Assembly (NCBI GenBank): GCA_034670305.1 | Contig: JAXMNT010000008.1 | Coordinates: 64,001 to 128,000, forward strand | Length of the DNA stretch: 64,000 bases | Reading direction: 5' to 3' | From: Deltaproteobacteria bacterium | GTDB lineage: Bacteria > Myxococcota_A > Polyangia > Polyangiales > Houyiibacteriaceae | Made by a program: the position numbers and the translations under genes | Notes under the pieces: generated by a model | Database searches by the model: none | Told to the model about the DNA's origin: nothing | The model's input: the letters and a program-made list of their open reading frames with translations, nothing else | Part shown: piece by piece, positions 42,756 to 53,434 of the stretch | How the letters are laid out: every line of letters starts with the position of its first letter | How positions within the stretch are numbered: the stretch's first letter is position 1

Positions 42756-45434
42756 ATGTCCTTCCGCCACTTGCTGATGCCCCTGCTTCTCACCACGTCT
42801 CTCGCGCAGGCCCAGGGACCGGGGACCGACGGGGGTGCCGAAGCCGGAGTCGATGCCGAAGTCGATGCTGGAGCCGATGCCGATGCCGAAGCCGATGCCG
42901 ACCCCGAAGCCGATGCCGAAGCCGAAGCCGAAGCCGAAGCCGAAGCCGAAGCCGCAGCCGAAGCCGAAGCCGACCCCGAAGGCGAAGCCGACCCCGAAGC
43001 CGTGGCCGAAGCCGAAGCCGATCCCGAAGGCGACGCCGACCCCGAAGGCGACGCCGACCCCGAAGGCGACGCCGACCCCGAAGGCGACGCCGACCCCGTG
43101 CTTCGGCCACCTCTGGTCCGCGAGGGGCAGGGTGAGGCGGCGTACCCCGAGGGCGCGGAGATGGGCGGGCGGGTGTTGTTGGTGCTGGACGTGGCGGCAG
43201 ACGGCACGGTGGCGGAGGCGCGGCGGCTCGATGTCCAGGCCGAGGAGAACTCGGAAGCCCTGTTCGTCGAGCAGGCGCTCGAGTACGCGCGCCGACTTCG
43301 GTTCGAGCCGGCCACGCGCGATGGGGCGCCCGTCGCCAGCCGGATTCGGTTTGAGGTGGTGTTCCCCGCGCCCCCACCGCCGACGCCAACGCCGCCGAAC
43401 GCGCATCTCGATCCGACCGCCGGAGCCGAAGACGCCTCCGAAGACGCGGCCGATTTCGAAGCGCCGCTCCAGGCGACGTCGTCGATGAACCTCGAGGGCG
43501 AGCGGCTGCGGCTGCGGCCCTACGCCTCCACCGGCGAGCTGCTCAACGCGGGTTCGGGTTTCTACGTCGTCCAGCACGCGGGGGGCGGCAAAGCCAACCA
43601 GTACTTCTTGCGCGGGTTCGACGCCGACCATGGCTCCGACGTCGCGCTCTTCGTCGATGGCGTGCCTGCGAACTGGCCGAGCCACGGACACAGTCAGGGG
43701 TACACCGAGCTGCACTGGGTGATCCCCGAACTCATCGAACGCATGGAGGTCCGCAAGGGTCCGTACTTCGCGGAACTCGGGGACTTCGCGACCGCCGGCG
43801 CGATCAACCTGGTGCTGCGAGAGGATGTCGAGGAGAGTTCCTTCACGTTGGGCGGCGGCACGTACGGAACGTTCCGCGGCGTCGCACTCGTCGCCCCGCG
43901 CACGACTCTCGCGGTGAAACCATTGCTCGCCGCGGAGGTCTACGGGACGAATGGGCCCTTCCAGCGCAGCGAAGATCTGCGGCGGGTGAACCTCTTCGGC
44001 CGCGCCAGCGCGCGCTTCCCCGGCGGCACCACGCTGAGCCTCACCGGCACCAGCCACCTCTCCACGTGGAACGCGTCGGGGCAACTGCCGCTGCGTGCGG
44101 TGAACGCGGGCACGCTCGACCGGTTCGGTACCCTCGACCCGGACGAAGGCGGCGCGACGCAGCGGCACGGCGTGTACGGCCGGTTGACCGTGCCCACCTC
44201 GGGCGGCGACGAAGGCGAAGTAAGCGTGCTCGGGTACCTCACCCACCACCGCTTCGATCTCTACTCGAACTTCACCTACGCGACCGAGCGGCCCGACATC
44301 GGCGACATGATCCATCAGTCGGATCGGCGCACCGCGGTGGGGCTCGACGCCCGCTACCGGGTGCGGCACCGCCTGGGCCCAGCAACGCTTCGCAGCACCG
44401 TCGGCGCCCAGGGGCGGCTCGATCTGATCGACAACGCGCTGGCGGAATCACCGGACCGGATCGACGGCGCCCGCAGCATCGATGCGGACATCGGCCAAGC
44501 GAGCCTGGGGTTGTTCCTGAGCGAAGCGCTGCACTGGCGCTGGCTTCGCGTCGTCGGAGGCGCACGCATCGACTCGTTCTCGTTCGATGTGCAGGACCGG
44601 CTCGGCGGCGAAGGCACGAGCGGCCAGCGGCAAGCGCTGCTGGTCAGCCCGAAAGCCAGCGTCGTGATTCAGGCGCACGAGACGCTGCGCCTCTTCGCGA
44701 ACTTCGGCTCGGGCTTTCACAGCAACGACGCGCGGGGTGTCGTGCGCCGCGACGCGATGCGCGCGAACGCGCTCACCCGCGGGCTCGGCTACGAACTCGG
44801 CGCGCGCCTCGAACTCGCGGACCACGTCACGTTCTCCGCGGCCGGGTTCGTCCTCGACCTCGACTCCGAGACGGTCTGGGTCGGCGACGTGGGCACGACC
44901 GAAGCCCGCGGCGCCACGCGGCGGGTCGGCGTCGAAGCGGATCTCCAGGTGCAGGCGCTCCCCTGGCTTCGGTTCGGACTCGACGCGACGTGGACGAACT
45001 CCACGTTCGTCGACAACCCGGCGAACGCGAACTCGGTCGCGCTCGCGCCGACCTTCCTCCTCAACAGCGAGGTGGTCGTGCAACACCGGGAGACCGGCGT
45101 GAGCGGGCGGCTTGGGTTGCTCTTCGTGGCCGATCGACCCGCGACCGAAGACGGCTTCCTCGAGGCGCAGGGTTTCACGCGGCTCGACGCGTCGGTGCAG
45201 TGGGAACACGAGCGGGTGGGACTGAGTGTCTCCGCGCAGAACCTGCTCAACACCGAGTGGCGGCAGGCGCAGTTCGCCACCACCGCACGGCTGCCTGGAG
45301 AGACCTCGGCCGCGTCCTGTCCCGAAGGCACCCGCGCAGTGGAAGAAGGCGGCGGCTTCACAGGATGCGAAGACATTCACTTCACGCCGGGCTGGCCCAT
45401 CCACATCCTGGCCACCGCAACCGTGAAGTTCTGA
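42756..45434 (+). CDS. TonB-dependent receptor with fused TonB C-terminal-like domain
   Basis: [38 protein letters not shown] (TonB_C-like); plug [28 protein letters not shown]; terminal Phe. Confidence 0.92.
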   Translation: MSFRHLLMPLLLTTSLAQAQGPGTDGGAEAGVDAEVDAGADADAEADADPEADAEAEAEAEAEAEAAAEAEADPEGEADPEAVAEAEADPEGDADPEGDADPEGDADPEGDADPVLRPPLVREGQGEAAYPEGAEMGGRVLLVLDVAADGTVAEARRLDVQAEENSEALFVEQALEYARRLRFEPATRDGAPVASRIRFEVVFPAPPPPTPTPPNAHLDPTAGAEDASEDAADFEAPLQATSSMNLEGERLRLRPYASTGELLNAGSGFYVVQHAGGGKANQYFLRGFDADHGSDVALFVDGVPANWPSHGHSQGYTELHWVIPELIERMEVRKGPYFAELGDFATAGAINLVLREDVEESSFTLGGGTYGTFRGVALVAPRTTLAVKPLLAAEVYGTNGPFQRSEDLRRVNLFGRASARFPGGTTLSLTGTSHLSTWNASGQLPLRAVNAGTLDRFGTLDPDEGGATQRHGVYGRLTVPTSGGDEGEVSVLGYLTHHRFDLYSNFTYATERPDIGDMIHQSDRRTAVGLDARYRVRHRLGPATLRSTVGAQGRLDLIDNALAESPDRIDGARSIDADIGQASLGLFLSEALHWRWLRVVGGARIDSFSFDVQDRLGGEGTSGQRQALLVSPKASVVIQAHETLRLFANFGSGFHSNDARGVVRRDAMRANALTRGLGYELGARLELADHVTFSAAGFVLDLDSETVWVGDVGTTEARGATRRVGVEADLQVQALPWLRFGLDATWTNSTFVDNPANANSVALAPTFLLNSEVVVQHRETGVSGRLGLLFVADRPATEDGFLEAQGFTRLDASVQWEHERVGLSVSAQNLLNTEWRQAQFATTARLPGETSAASCPEGTRAVEEGGGFTGCEDIHFTPGWPIHILATATVKF
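42835..43097. repeat. (GCCGAN)n tract and 18-nt (DPEGDA) repeats in the receptor N-terminus
   Basis: Visible periodicity. Confidence 0.95.
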
Positions 45435-45495
45435 ACCGCCGTGGAATGAACCCCATGTTCGCGCGTGGCGCGTGCTGGGGTTGGCGGCCGAGCGC

Positions 45496-46782
45496 TCAGT
45501 CCCAGAGGGTCTTGCTGTCCTCGAACACCAACCGCCTCCGCGCAGACGGGGGCGGCAGCGTGCTTCGCCGAGGCGAGTAGAAGGTGTCTCCGCGCAAACC
45601 CATGCCGGGGTCGCCATCGTCTTCCGAATCCGTCTCGGACTCGTCGGCGCTGCCGGTCGCGCTCGGCGGAACCGACGCACGCGCGGACGCTTCGTGCCAT
45701 CCGAGCCACGCGCAGAGATCGTCGACGATGGAGGCGGCGGCATCGGGCCGGCCGCGCCGACGGGCCGCCTCCGACATCGCGCAACGCTTCGCGTCGTCCG
45801 AGAGCAGCTCGTTCAACATCGCACCGAGAGACTCGGCCTCGAGCGACGACTGGGCGACACAGCGCGCCGCGCCATCCCGCTCGAGCGCTTCGGCGTTGCG
45901 GGTCTGATGGTCGTCGGCGGCGTGTGGGTACGGCACGAGGATCGACGCGCGGCCGATCGCCTGCAGTTCGGCGAGCGTGGTGGCGCCCGCCCGTGCGACG
46001 ACCAGCGCGGCCGACGCGTACGCGCGCGCCATGTCGTCGATGAAGGACACGACCTCCGCGTCGATGCCGAGCGCGCGGTAACGGGCCTCCACGGCCTCCC
46101 GCATCGCTTCGCCGGTCTGATGCACGACCTTCAGGCCGCGAAGTTCCACGTGGGCGAACGCGGCGGGCACGGTCTCGTTCAGCGCCTGCGCGCCCTGCGA
46201 GCCGCCCATCACGAGCACCGTGCGGGCGCGCGCCTCGAAGCCTTCGGGGTCGGCGGCGGCACGTCGTGCCCACACTCGGAAGTCGCCGCGGACCGGGTTG
46301 CCGACCACCCGGGCGCCCTTGCCGAACGAAGACCGGGTCTCGTCGAAGGAGAGGTACGCGCGTCCGACCACCGACGCGAGCATGCGGTTCGTGAGCCCCA
46401 CGTGCGCGTTCTGCTCGAGCAGCGCGGTGGGCACACCGACCGCCGCCGCCGCCGCCAAGAGCGGTCCCGACGCGTAGCCGCCCACGCCGATGCAGAGCTC
46501 CGCGCGGTGACCGCGCACGATCTGCGCGGCCCGGAACGCGGAGCCCGGAAGTCGCCCGAGACTCTTGAAGAGCTGGGACGGACTGCGTCCTTTGAGCGGG
46601 GTGACATCGAGCGTCGTGAGCCGCTCGCCCCGAGCCGGGAGCAACCGCGATTCGATGCCGCGCTCGGTGCCGACGAAGAGCACGTCGACCTCCAAGCGGC
46701 GCCGCAGCTCTTCTACGACTGCGAGTCCGGGGAACAGATGTCCTCCGGTGCCGCCGCCTGCCACGATGATTCGTCTCGTCAT
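45496..46782 (-). CDS. murG: Lipid II GlcNAc transferase MurG
   Basis: AGGGTGGHLFP, GGYASGP, EQNA..GLTNR, GNPVR, GGSQGA, RAGATT..E. Confidence 0.96.
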   Translation of the reverse strand: MTRRIIVAGGGTGGHLFPGLAVVEELRRRLEVDVLFVGTERGIESRLLPARGERLTTLDVTPLKGRSPSQLFKSLGRLPGSAFRAAQIVRGHRAELCIGVGGYASGPLLAAAAAVGVPTALLEQNAHVGLTNRMLASVVGRAYLSFDETRSSFGKGARVVGNPVRGDFRVWARRAAADPEGFEARARTVLVMGGSQGAQALNETVPAAFAHVELRGLKVVHQTGEAMREAVEARYRALGIDAEVVSFIDDMARAYASAALVVARAGATTLAELQAIGRASILVPYPHAADDHQTRNAEALERDGAARCVAQSSLEAESLGAMLNELLSDDAKRCAMSEAARRRGRPDAAASIVDDLCAWLGWHEASARASVPPSATGSADESETDSEDDGDPGMGLRGDTFYSPRRSTLPPPSARRRLVFEDSKTLWD

Positions 46783-48059
46783 GTCGTCCCTCCAGTGCTT
46801 CGCGCCATCACGGGCGCGCCGACGGATTCGCCCTTCCGTCGGTTCCGCCGCTTGGTCTTGCGGCGGGTTTCTTTTTTGGTCCGGGGCTCGTCCGCTGGTG
46901 CGTCCGAGACCTCGTCGTGTGCGACCGCTTCGCGGGCGCGGGAGACATTCAGCAGGATGCCCACCGCCACGCAGTTCACGAGCAGCGACGAACCGCCGTA
47001 GCTCACGAACGGCAGCACGAGACCCTTGGTCGGCAACATGCCCATGGCCACCGCGAGGTTCGTGAAGGCCTGCAGGCCGACGAACATCGTGATGCCGACC
47101 GCGATGTAGGTGCCGTAGTCGTTCGGCGAACGCCACGCCGCGCGCAAACCGCGCACCACGATGAGCACGAACGTCGAGAGAAGGAAGAGGATGCCGATGA
47201 ACCCGAGCTCCTCGCCGACGATGGCCGAGATGAAGTCGGTGTGGGCTTCCGGGAGGTAGAAGAGTTTCTGTCGGCTGTCCCCGATGCCCACGCCGCTCAC
47301 CCCACCCGCGCCGAAGCTCATCAGCGACTCGGCGATTTGGTACCCGATGCCGTAGCGGTGTTCGAAGGGTTCGAGGAACGCCTCGATGCGACGCATGCGG
47401 TAGGCGGACGTGGCGATGAGCAAGTACGCCATCGGCGCGGCGAGCAAGACACCGCCGAGCAGGTAGCCGATGCGGGCGCCCGCGGTGAAGAGCAGCACGA
47501 AGGTGAGCAGGCCGATCATGACCGCGCTGCCGAAGTCCGGCTGCTCCAGACACAGGAGCATCAAGAACCCGGCGACCAGGACGTGGGGGAGAAACCCGAT
47601 CTGGAACGAACGGATGCGGTCGCGCTTCTTCGAGAGCGAAGACGCCAGGTAGAGAATCAACGCCAGCTTGGCCGCCTCGGCGGGCTGGATGTTCACGGGC
47701 CCCACGGCGATCCATCGCTGGGCGCCACCGGCTGCGTGCCCGAACCCGAGCACGACGATCATCAAGAGCAGCACCGCGACGCCGAGGGCGGGATAGGTGA
47801 AGCGCTCGTAGAGGTGGTAGTCGATGCGCGCGATGAGCAGCATCAGGCCGAGCCCCACGATCGCGAAGCTTCCCTGCCGCACCAAGAAGTGAAGCGGGTT
47901 GTCGTACCGTTCGGCCGCGAAGACCGCGCTCGCGCTGAACACCATGACCACGCCGAACGCGACGATCGCGACCACCGCGGCGGTGAGGATCGGATCGGCC
48001 GGACCGATCACCTTCGGCGCGGGGCGGGCAGAGCCTCGGATGCGATCGAGCCAGCTCAC
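46779..48059 (-). CDS. ftsW: SEDS peptidoglycan polymerase FtsW
   Basis: GAQRWI, QPAEAAK, QPDFG, LPEAHTDFI..GEELG, PTKG..PFVSYGGSS; dcw order. Confidence 0.96.
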   Translation of the reverse strand: MSWLDRIRGSARPAPKVIGPADPILTAAVVAIVAFGVVMVFSASAVFAAERYDNPLHFLVRQGSFAIVGLGLMLLIARIDYHLYERFTYPALGVAVLLLMIVVLGFGHAAGGAQRWIAVGPVNIQPAEAAKLALILYLASSLSKKRDRIRSFQIGFLPHVLVAGFLMLLCLEQPDFGSAVMIGLLTFVLLFTAGARIGYLLGGVLLAAPMAYLLIATSAYRMRRIEAFLEPFEHRYGIGYQIAESLMSFGAGGVSGVGIGDSRQKLFYLPEAHTDFISAIVGEELGFIGILFLLSTFVLIVVRGLRAAWRSPNDYGTYIAVGITMFVGLQAFTNLAVAMGMLPTKGLVLPFVSYGGSSLLVNCVAVGILLNVSRAREAVAHDEVSDAPADEPRTKKETRRKTKRRNRRKGESVGAPVMARSTGGTT

Positions 48060-49447
48060 GACGGCTCCTCGTTCTTCGACGCGAGTGCAGCGAATGCGTC
48101 CTGGAAGTCCCGGCCACGTTCGGCGTAGGACCCGTACATGTCGAAGCTGGAACACGCGGGCGCCAACACCACCGCGTCGCCAGCGCGCGCCAGACGCAGC
48201 GCTTGATCCACCGCGGCCGCCATGGTCGGCGCGCGTTCGATCGGGAAGCCCGGCAGGATTTCGCGAACGGCGACTTCGATGAGTGGCGCCGCTTCGCCGA
48301 CGGTCACGAGCGCACGCCCGGAGCGACCGAGTGCTTCGGCCAGGGGCGTGTAGCTTCCGCCCTTGTCCTTGCCGCCGGCGATCAACACCGCGCGGCCGTC
48401 CATGTGCAGCCCGTCGAGCGCGGCGACCGCGGCGCCGACGTTGGTCGCCTTGGAGTCGTCGAAGAACGTCACGCCGCCGATCGCGCCGACCCGCTCCATC
48501 CGGTGTGGCAGACCACGGTACGACCGAAGCACGGCCGCGATCGCGTCCACACCGATGCCGGCGAGACGCGCGGTGAGCGCCGCGGCCATCGCGTTCTTCA
48601 CGTTGTGTCCGCCTTGGATCCCGAGCTCCGCGAGCGGCACGTCGAGGCCGTTCTCCGGATCGCGCAGCGCGCCGTCTTCGGCCCGCACGTCTTTGCCGAA
48701 CCGGTGCACCTTCGCCGCGCCGACGTTCGCCAACCCGAGACAGAGTGCGTCTCCGTCCGGCACGACGGCGTGGTCCGAGCGGTGCTGCCCCGCGAAGATG
48801 CGGCCCTTCGCCGCCGCGTACGCGGCAAAGGACTCGTAGCGGTCGAGGTGGTCGTCGGTGACGTTGAGAAGGGTCGCGACGTGTGCGCGAAAGCGCGAGA
48901 CGTGCTCCAACTGAAAGCTCGAGAGTTCCACCGCGACGAGCCCTCCGGCGTCCGCGGCCGGGGTGCCGACGACCGTGGTCAGCGGCGTGCCGAGGTTGCC
49001 ACCGACGAAACACGGCCGGCCGGATGCCTGCATCATCTCGCCGAGCAGGCTCGTGACGGTGCTCTTGCCGTTGGTGCCGGTGACAGCGAGGATCGGCGCG
49101 TCGATGAACCACGAGGCGAGTTCGATCTCGCTCGCGATCGGGACGCCTCGGTCGGCCGCGCGCGCGAGCGCCGGAAGCGGCGGCACGCCAGGCGAGACGA
49201 CGACGTGGTCCGCGTCGGCGAACACCGCATCGTCGTGGTGCCCGAACGCGGTCTTCGCGCCGCGTGCGCACAACGCCTCGACGCCGCCCACCTCGGTGCG
49301 GTGGTCGTTCAACACGACGTCGGCCCCACGGGCCAAGAGCAGCTCGGCCGCTGCGATGCCGCTGGCACCGAGTCCGACGACCACGAACTTCTGACCGGCG
49401 ACCTGGGATGCGGCGCGGCGCGAGGTCTGGGTGGAGGTCATGCCCAT
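48056..49447 (-). CDS. murD: UDP-MurNAc-L-Ala:D-Glu ligase
   Basis: VGLGASG, VSPGVP, TGTNGKST, ELSSFQL, DDSKATN, GGKDKG, PACSSFD. Confidence 0.96.
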   Translation of the reverse strand: MGMTSTQTSRRAASQVAGQKFVVVGLGASGIAAAELLLARGADVVLNDHRTEVGGVEALCARGAKTAFGHHDDAVFADADHVVVSPGVPPLPALARAADRGVPIASEIELASWFIDAPILAVTGTNGKSTVTSLLGEMMQASGRPCFVGGNLGTPLTTVVGTPAADAGGLVAVELSSFQLEHVSRFRAHVATLLNVTDDHLDRYESFAAYAAAKGRIFAGQHRSDHAVVPDGDALCLGLANVGAAKVHRFGKDVRAEDGALRDPENGLDVPLAELGIQGGHNVKNAMAAALTARLAGIGVDAIAAVLRSYRGLPHRMERVGAIGGVTFFDDSKATNVGAAVAALDGLHMDGRAVLIAGGKDKGGSYTPLAEALGRSGRALVTVGEAAPLIEVAVREILPGFPIERAPTMAAAVDQALRLARAGDAVVLAPACSSFDMYGSYAERGRDFQDAFAALASKNEEPS

Positions 49448-50577
49448 CACCGCAACTTCAGCGTGGCGAGCGCGGCGACGGCCAACATGATGGAGACGAT
49501 CCAGAAACGAACGATGACCTTCGGCTCCGCCCACCCCTTCTTCTCGAAGTGGTGGTGGATGGGCGCCATCAGGAACACCCGCTTGCCGGTGGCTTTGAAG
49601 ACGCCGACCTGGATGATGACGCTGACCGTCTCCAGCACGAAGATGCCGCCGAGCAGAAGACTCAGCACTTCGTTCTTGGTGACCACCGCGAGTGCACCGA
49701 GGCCTCCGCCGAGCGCGAGCGACCCGACGTCGCCCATGAAGACTTGGGCCGGGTACGTGTTGAACCAGAGGAACCCGAAGCCCACCCCGATCACTGCGGC
49801 GCAGTAGATGCTGAGCTCACCGGCGCTCTCGAGATGCGGGATGAAGAAGTAGCTCGCAACGTTCTGCTCGAAGAGCACCGCGCCGCAGAGGTAGGCGAGG
49901 ATCGCGTAGGTGCCCGCGTTGATCATCACCGGGCCGATCGCGAGTCCATCGAGCCCGTCGGTGAGGTTCACGCCGTTGGCGGTGCCGACGATGACGAACG
50001 ACGCGAACGCCACGTAGAGATACGGCGGGAGGGTGATCGGGTCCGGGTCGTTGGTGACGAACTTCACGAACGGGAGCGCCAAGCGCGTGCGGACCTCGAG
50101 CCAGTCTTCGGGCAGACCACTCTGGCCGTAGAAGAGGTACGAGCAGACCGCGATGGCCACGCTGAACTCGATGAGCAGCTTCCAGCGACCGGCCAGGCCG
50201 CCGGTGTCCTTCTTCCGGACCTTGGCGCTGTCGTCGATGTAGCCGACGACGCCGAAGCAGGCCGTCATGGCGGTGACCACCCAGACCATCGCGTTGGCCG
50301 GGTCCGCCCACAGCACCGTGGAGAGCACCACGGCGAGCAACATCAGCGCGCCGCCCATGGTGGGGGTGCCGGCCTTGCTCAGATGCGACTGCGGGCCCTC
50401 GGCGCGCACCACCTGCCCGATCTGCTTCTTCTGCAGCCGGCGGATGAACCAGGGGTAGAGCCCGAAGCTCAGCAGCATCGCCGTCATCGTCGCGGCGAGC
50501 ACGCGGAACGGGACGTACCGCAGCACGTTCAGGAAACCGAACTCGTCTGAGTAGGGGTAGAGGTAGTAGTAGATCAC
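49447..50577 (-). CDS. mraY: Phospho-MurNAc-pentapeptide translocase
   Basis: KAGTPTMGG, NLTDGLDG, VFMGDVGS, MAPIHHHFE. Confidence 0.97.
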   Translation of the reverse strand: MIYYYLYPYSDEFGFLNVLRYVPFRVLAATMTAMLLSFGLYPWFIRRLQKKQIGQVVRAEGPQSHLSKAGTPTMGGALMLLAVVLSTVLWADPANAMVWVVTAMTACFGVVGYIDDSAKVRKKDTGGLAGRWKLLIEFSVAIAVCSYLFYGQSGLPEDWLEVRTRLALPFVKFVTNDPDPITLPPYLYVAFASFVIVGTANGVNLTDGLDGLAIGPVMINAGTYAILAYLCGAVLFEQNVASYFFIPHLESAGELSIYCAAVIGVGFGFLWFNTYPAQVFMGDVGSLALGGGLGALAVVTKNEVLSLLLGGIFVLETVSVIIQVGVFKATGKRVFLMAPIHHHFEKKGWAEPKVIVRFWIVSIMLAVAALATLKLR

Positions 50578-51938
50578 GCCCGGCCCCCCGACTGCAGGAG
50601 GCCATCGACGACGCGTTCGAGCCGCATCGAGCGGGAGCCTTTGACCAGGATCACATCGGAAGGCTCGAGCGGTCCGAGCGCCTTGAGGACCGCCGCGACG
50701 TCGTTCTCCACCGCGTCTCCGGTCGCGCCCATCAGAGGGCCCACGCAGACCACGTGATCGCAGAGCCGTTCCGCGCGGCTGCGCACACGCCGGTGGTGCT
50801 GTGGCGACTCGGCGCCCAACTCCAACATGTCTCCGAGCACCGCGAGCAGCCGACCTTCGCGATCGTCGGCGAGGCGGCGGGCGGTCTCGAGCGCCATCTC
50901 CACCGCGTGCGGGCTCGCGTTGTAGGTGTCGTCCAGAACGAGTGCACCAAGCGCCGTGCCCCGCGGACACATGCGGCCGGACACCGGCGAGAGTTGCGAC
51001 ATGCCCCGCGCCGCCGACTCGAGATCGAGATCGAGCGCGCGTACGATCGCGAGTGCGGCGCCGGAGTTGCGTGCGGCGGCTTCGCCGAGCAGCCGGGTGC
51101 GCACTTCGATCTCGCGGGTCTCTCCCGCGTGCCCCGCCGAGACGAGCGAGCTGACCGCGTGCCGCGCGATGGTCTGGATGCCGAGCATCGACCACCCGAG
51201 CAGGCGGACCTCGCCCGCGTCGCCGTAGCGCACGTCGCCTGCGCCCACCGACGCGTCGGCGATGCGCACGCCCGAACCCCGCACCGTGTCGAAGAGCGAG
51301 AGCTTCTCGCGCCGCACCGCGGCCAAGTTTCCGAGGCCCTCGGTGTGCGCGACGGCCACGAGCGTCACCACCGCGACGTCCGGACCGGCGATCTCACCGA
51401 GGCGCCGGATCTCGCCGGGTGCGCTGGTGCCCATCTCGACGACCGCGATCTCTTCTTCGTCGAGGGCCAGGAGCGTCATGGGTACGCCGATCTGGTTGTT
51501 CAGGTTGCCCTGGGTCGCACCCACGTCGAGACCGGCGCCGCGAATGGCGGCGGCGGTGAGTTCTTTCGTGGACGTCTTGCCCGCGCTGCCGGTGATCGCG
51601 ACCACGCGGCCGCCCCAGCGCTCGCGATGAAACGCCGCGAGGTCCCCGAGCGCGCGGGTGGTGTCGTCGACCTCGACCACCGGGAATCCGGCGGGCACCG
51701 AGGCACCACGCTCCACCAGGGCGGCACCGGCGACGTTGGCGATGTCGGGAAGGAAGCGGTGCGCGTCGAAGTGCTCGCCGCGCAGCGCGACGAAGAGCGC
51801 ATCGGTGCCCGTGATCGCGCGCGAGTCGGTGCACACGCCTTCGACTTCGCGGTTCTCGCCACGGAGCGTGCCGCCGGTGGCTTCGGCGACTTCGTGCAGC
51901 GTGAACGCGGCTTGGTTCTGCGGAATGGGCGTCGCCAT
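50574..51938 (-). CDS. murF: UDP-MurNAc-tripeptide:D-Ala-D-Ala ligase
   Basis: TDSR, ITGSAGKTSTKE, NLNNQIG, DDTYNASP, GDMLELG, VKGSR. Confidence 0.96.
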   Translation of the reverse strand: MATPIPQNQAAFTLHEVAEATGGTLRGENREVEGVCTDSRAITGTDALFVALRGEHFDAHRFLPDIANVAGAALVERGASVPAGFPVVEVDDTTRALGDLAAFHRERWGGRVVAITGSAGKTSTKELTAAAIRGAGLDVGATQGNLNNQIGVPMTLLALDEEEIAVVEMGTSAPGEIRRLGEIAGPDVAVVTLVAVAHTEGLGNLAAVRREKLSLFDTVRGSGVRIADASVGAGDVRYGDAGEVRLLGWSMLGIQTIARHAVSSLVSAGHAGETREIEVRTRLLGEAAARNSGAALAIVRALDLDLESAARGMSQLSPVSGRMCPRGTALGALVLDDTYNASPHAVEMALETARRLADDREGRLLAVLGDMLELGAESPQHHRRVRSRAERLCDHVVCVGPLMGATGDAVENDVAAVLKALGPLEPSDVILVKGSRSMRLERVVDGLLQSGGRA

Positions 51939-53434
51939 CAGTGCGCCCCTTCCGTGATCTTGGCGATCACCGAAGCCGCGCACACGCGGTCGTCGAAGTC
52001 GCGCTTCTCGGTGCCGACGATCTGGTAGTCCTCGTGGCCTTTGCCCGCGATGAGCACGGTGTCGCCGGCCGACGCCAAACGCAGCGCCATGGCGATGGCG
52101 GCCGCGCGATCCGGTTCCACGATGTAGCCCGCATCCGAGCCGATGTGGTGTTCCACGCGTCCCTCCGCGTGGAGCCCTGGAAGAATCTGCGCGATGATCG
52201 CGTCTGGATCCTCCGTGCGCGGGTTGTCGCTGGTGACGAACACGTTGTCGGCCGCTGCGGCTGCCGCGCCCATCTTCGGCCGCTTTTCTGCGTCCCGGTC
52301 GCCACCACAACCGAACACCACCGAGAGCTTGCCCGAGGTCAGCGGACGCACCGACGCGAGCGCGCGGCGCAGCGCGTCGGGGGTGTGGGCGTAGTCGACG
52401 AGCACGAGCACGCCGCGTGGATCCGGAACCCGCTCGAGCCGCCCAGGCGCCCCGAGTGCGTGCTCGAGCGCGGCGATCGAATCGGGAACCGAGTGACCCA
52501 GCGCCTTCAGGCAGCCGAGCACCACGAGCAGGTTCTCGAGGTTGTGCGGGCCGACGAGCGGGCTGCGCAGGGCGTGTTGCGCATCGCCTTCGTACACGGT
52601 GGCGGTCAAGCCTTGCGCGCTCGAGACTCCGGTGGCCCAGAGATCCGCGCCTTCGACGCATCCCACCGTGCAGACGTCGTGACCGGCCGCTCGCACGCGT
52701 TCTGCCAACTCGGCACCGAACGGGTCACCGACGTGGATCACACTCTTGTCCGGGGCGTGCCGAAGAAAGAGCGCCGCCTTGGCCTCGCCGTACGCGGCCA
52801 TGGTCTCGTGAAAGTCGAGGTGGTCTTGGGTGAGGTTGGTGAACGCGGCGACGCGAAAGTGCACGCCAGCCGTCCGGGCTTGGGAGAGGCCGTGGCTGCT
52901 CACCTCCATCACGAGGTGCGACGATCCCGCCGCGACGCAGGCCGCGGCGAACCGCGCGAGGTCGTCCGCTTCAGGGGTGGTGAACGAAGACGGCTCGAGC
53001 TTCGCACCGGCGCGCGATGCGACTGTGCCGAGCAGCGCGGGTGCTTCTCCGAGCGCGCGCAGTCCCTGGTCCAAGATCCACGCAGCGGTGGTCTTTCCAT
53101 TGGTGCCGGTGATGCCCACCACCGCGAGCCGCGCGGTCGGGTCGTCGTGAAGCGCGTGCGCCACGGGCCCGAGCGCCGCGCGATCGTCGGAGACGACGAG
53201 CTGCGGGAGCGAGGTCTCGAGTTCGGCGCCGGTCAGCACCGCCACCGCGCCGCGGGCTTCCGCCGATGCCACGAAAGCGGTTCCGTCGAACGTGGCGCCG
53301 CGCAGCGCGGCGAACAGATCGCCGCGTCCGACCTGGCGCGAGTCGCGGCGCACGTCGCCGACCTCGGCGTCGCCGACCGTGCGCGCGTCGAGTCCTGCGT
53401 CGCGGACGACCGTTGCGAGTCGAGAGAGCATCAT
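51938..53434 (-). CDS. murE: UDP-MurNAc-dipeptide:diaminopimelate ligase
   Basis: TGTNGKTT, MEVSSH, TNLTQDHLD, DYAHTPD, FGCGGDRD, DNPR (mDAP-type motif), AGKGHE. Confidence 0.96.
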   Translation of the reverse strand: MMLSRLATVVRDAGLDARTVGDAEVGDVRRDSRQVGRGDLFAALRGATFDGTAFVASAEARGAVAVLTGAELETSLPQLVVSDDRAALGPVAHALHDDPTARLAVVGITGTNGKTTAAWILDQGLRALGEAPALLGTVASRAGAKLEPSSFTTPEADDLARFAAACVAAGSSHLVMEVSSHGLSQARTAGVHFRVAAFTNLTQDHLDFHETMAAYGEAKAALFLRHAPDKSVIHVGDPFGAELAERVRAAGHDVCTVGCVEGADLWATGVSSAQGLTATVYEGDAQHALRSPLVGPHNLENLLVVLGCLKALGHSVPDSIAALEHALGAPGRLERVPDPRGVLVLVDYAHTPDALRRALASVRPLTSGKLSVVFGCGGDRDAEKRPKMGAAAAAADNVFVTSDNPRTEDPDAIIAQILPGLHAEGRVEHHIGSDAGYIVEPDRAAAIAMALRLASAGDTVLIAGKGHEDYQIVGTEKRDFDDRVCAASVIAKITEGAH

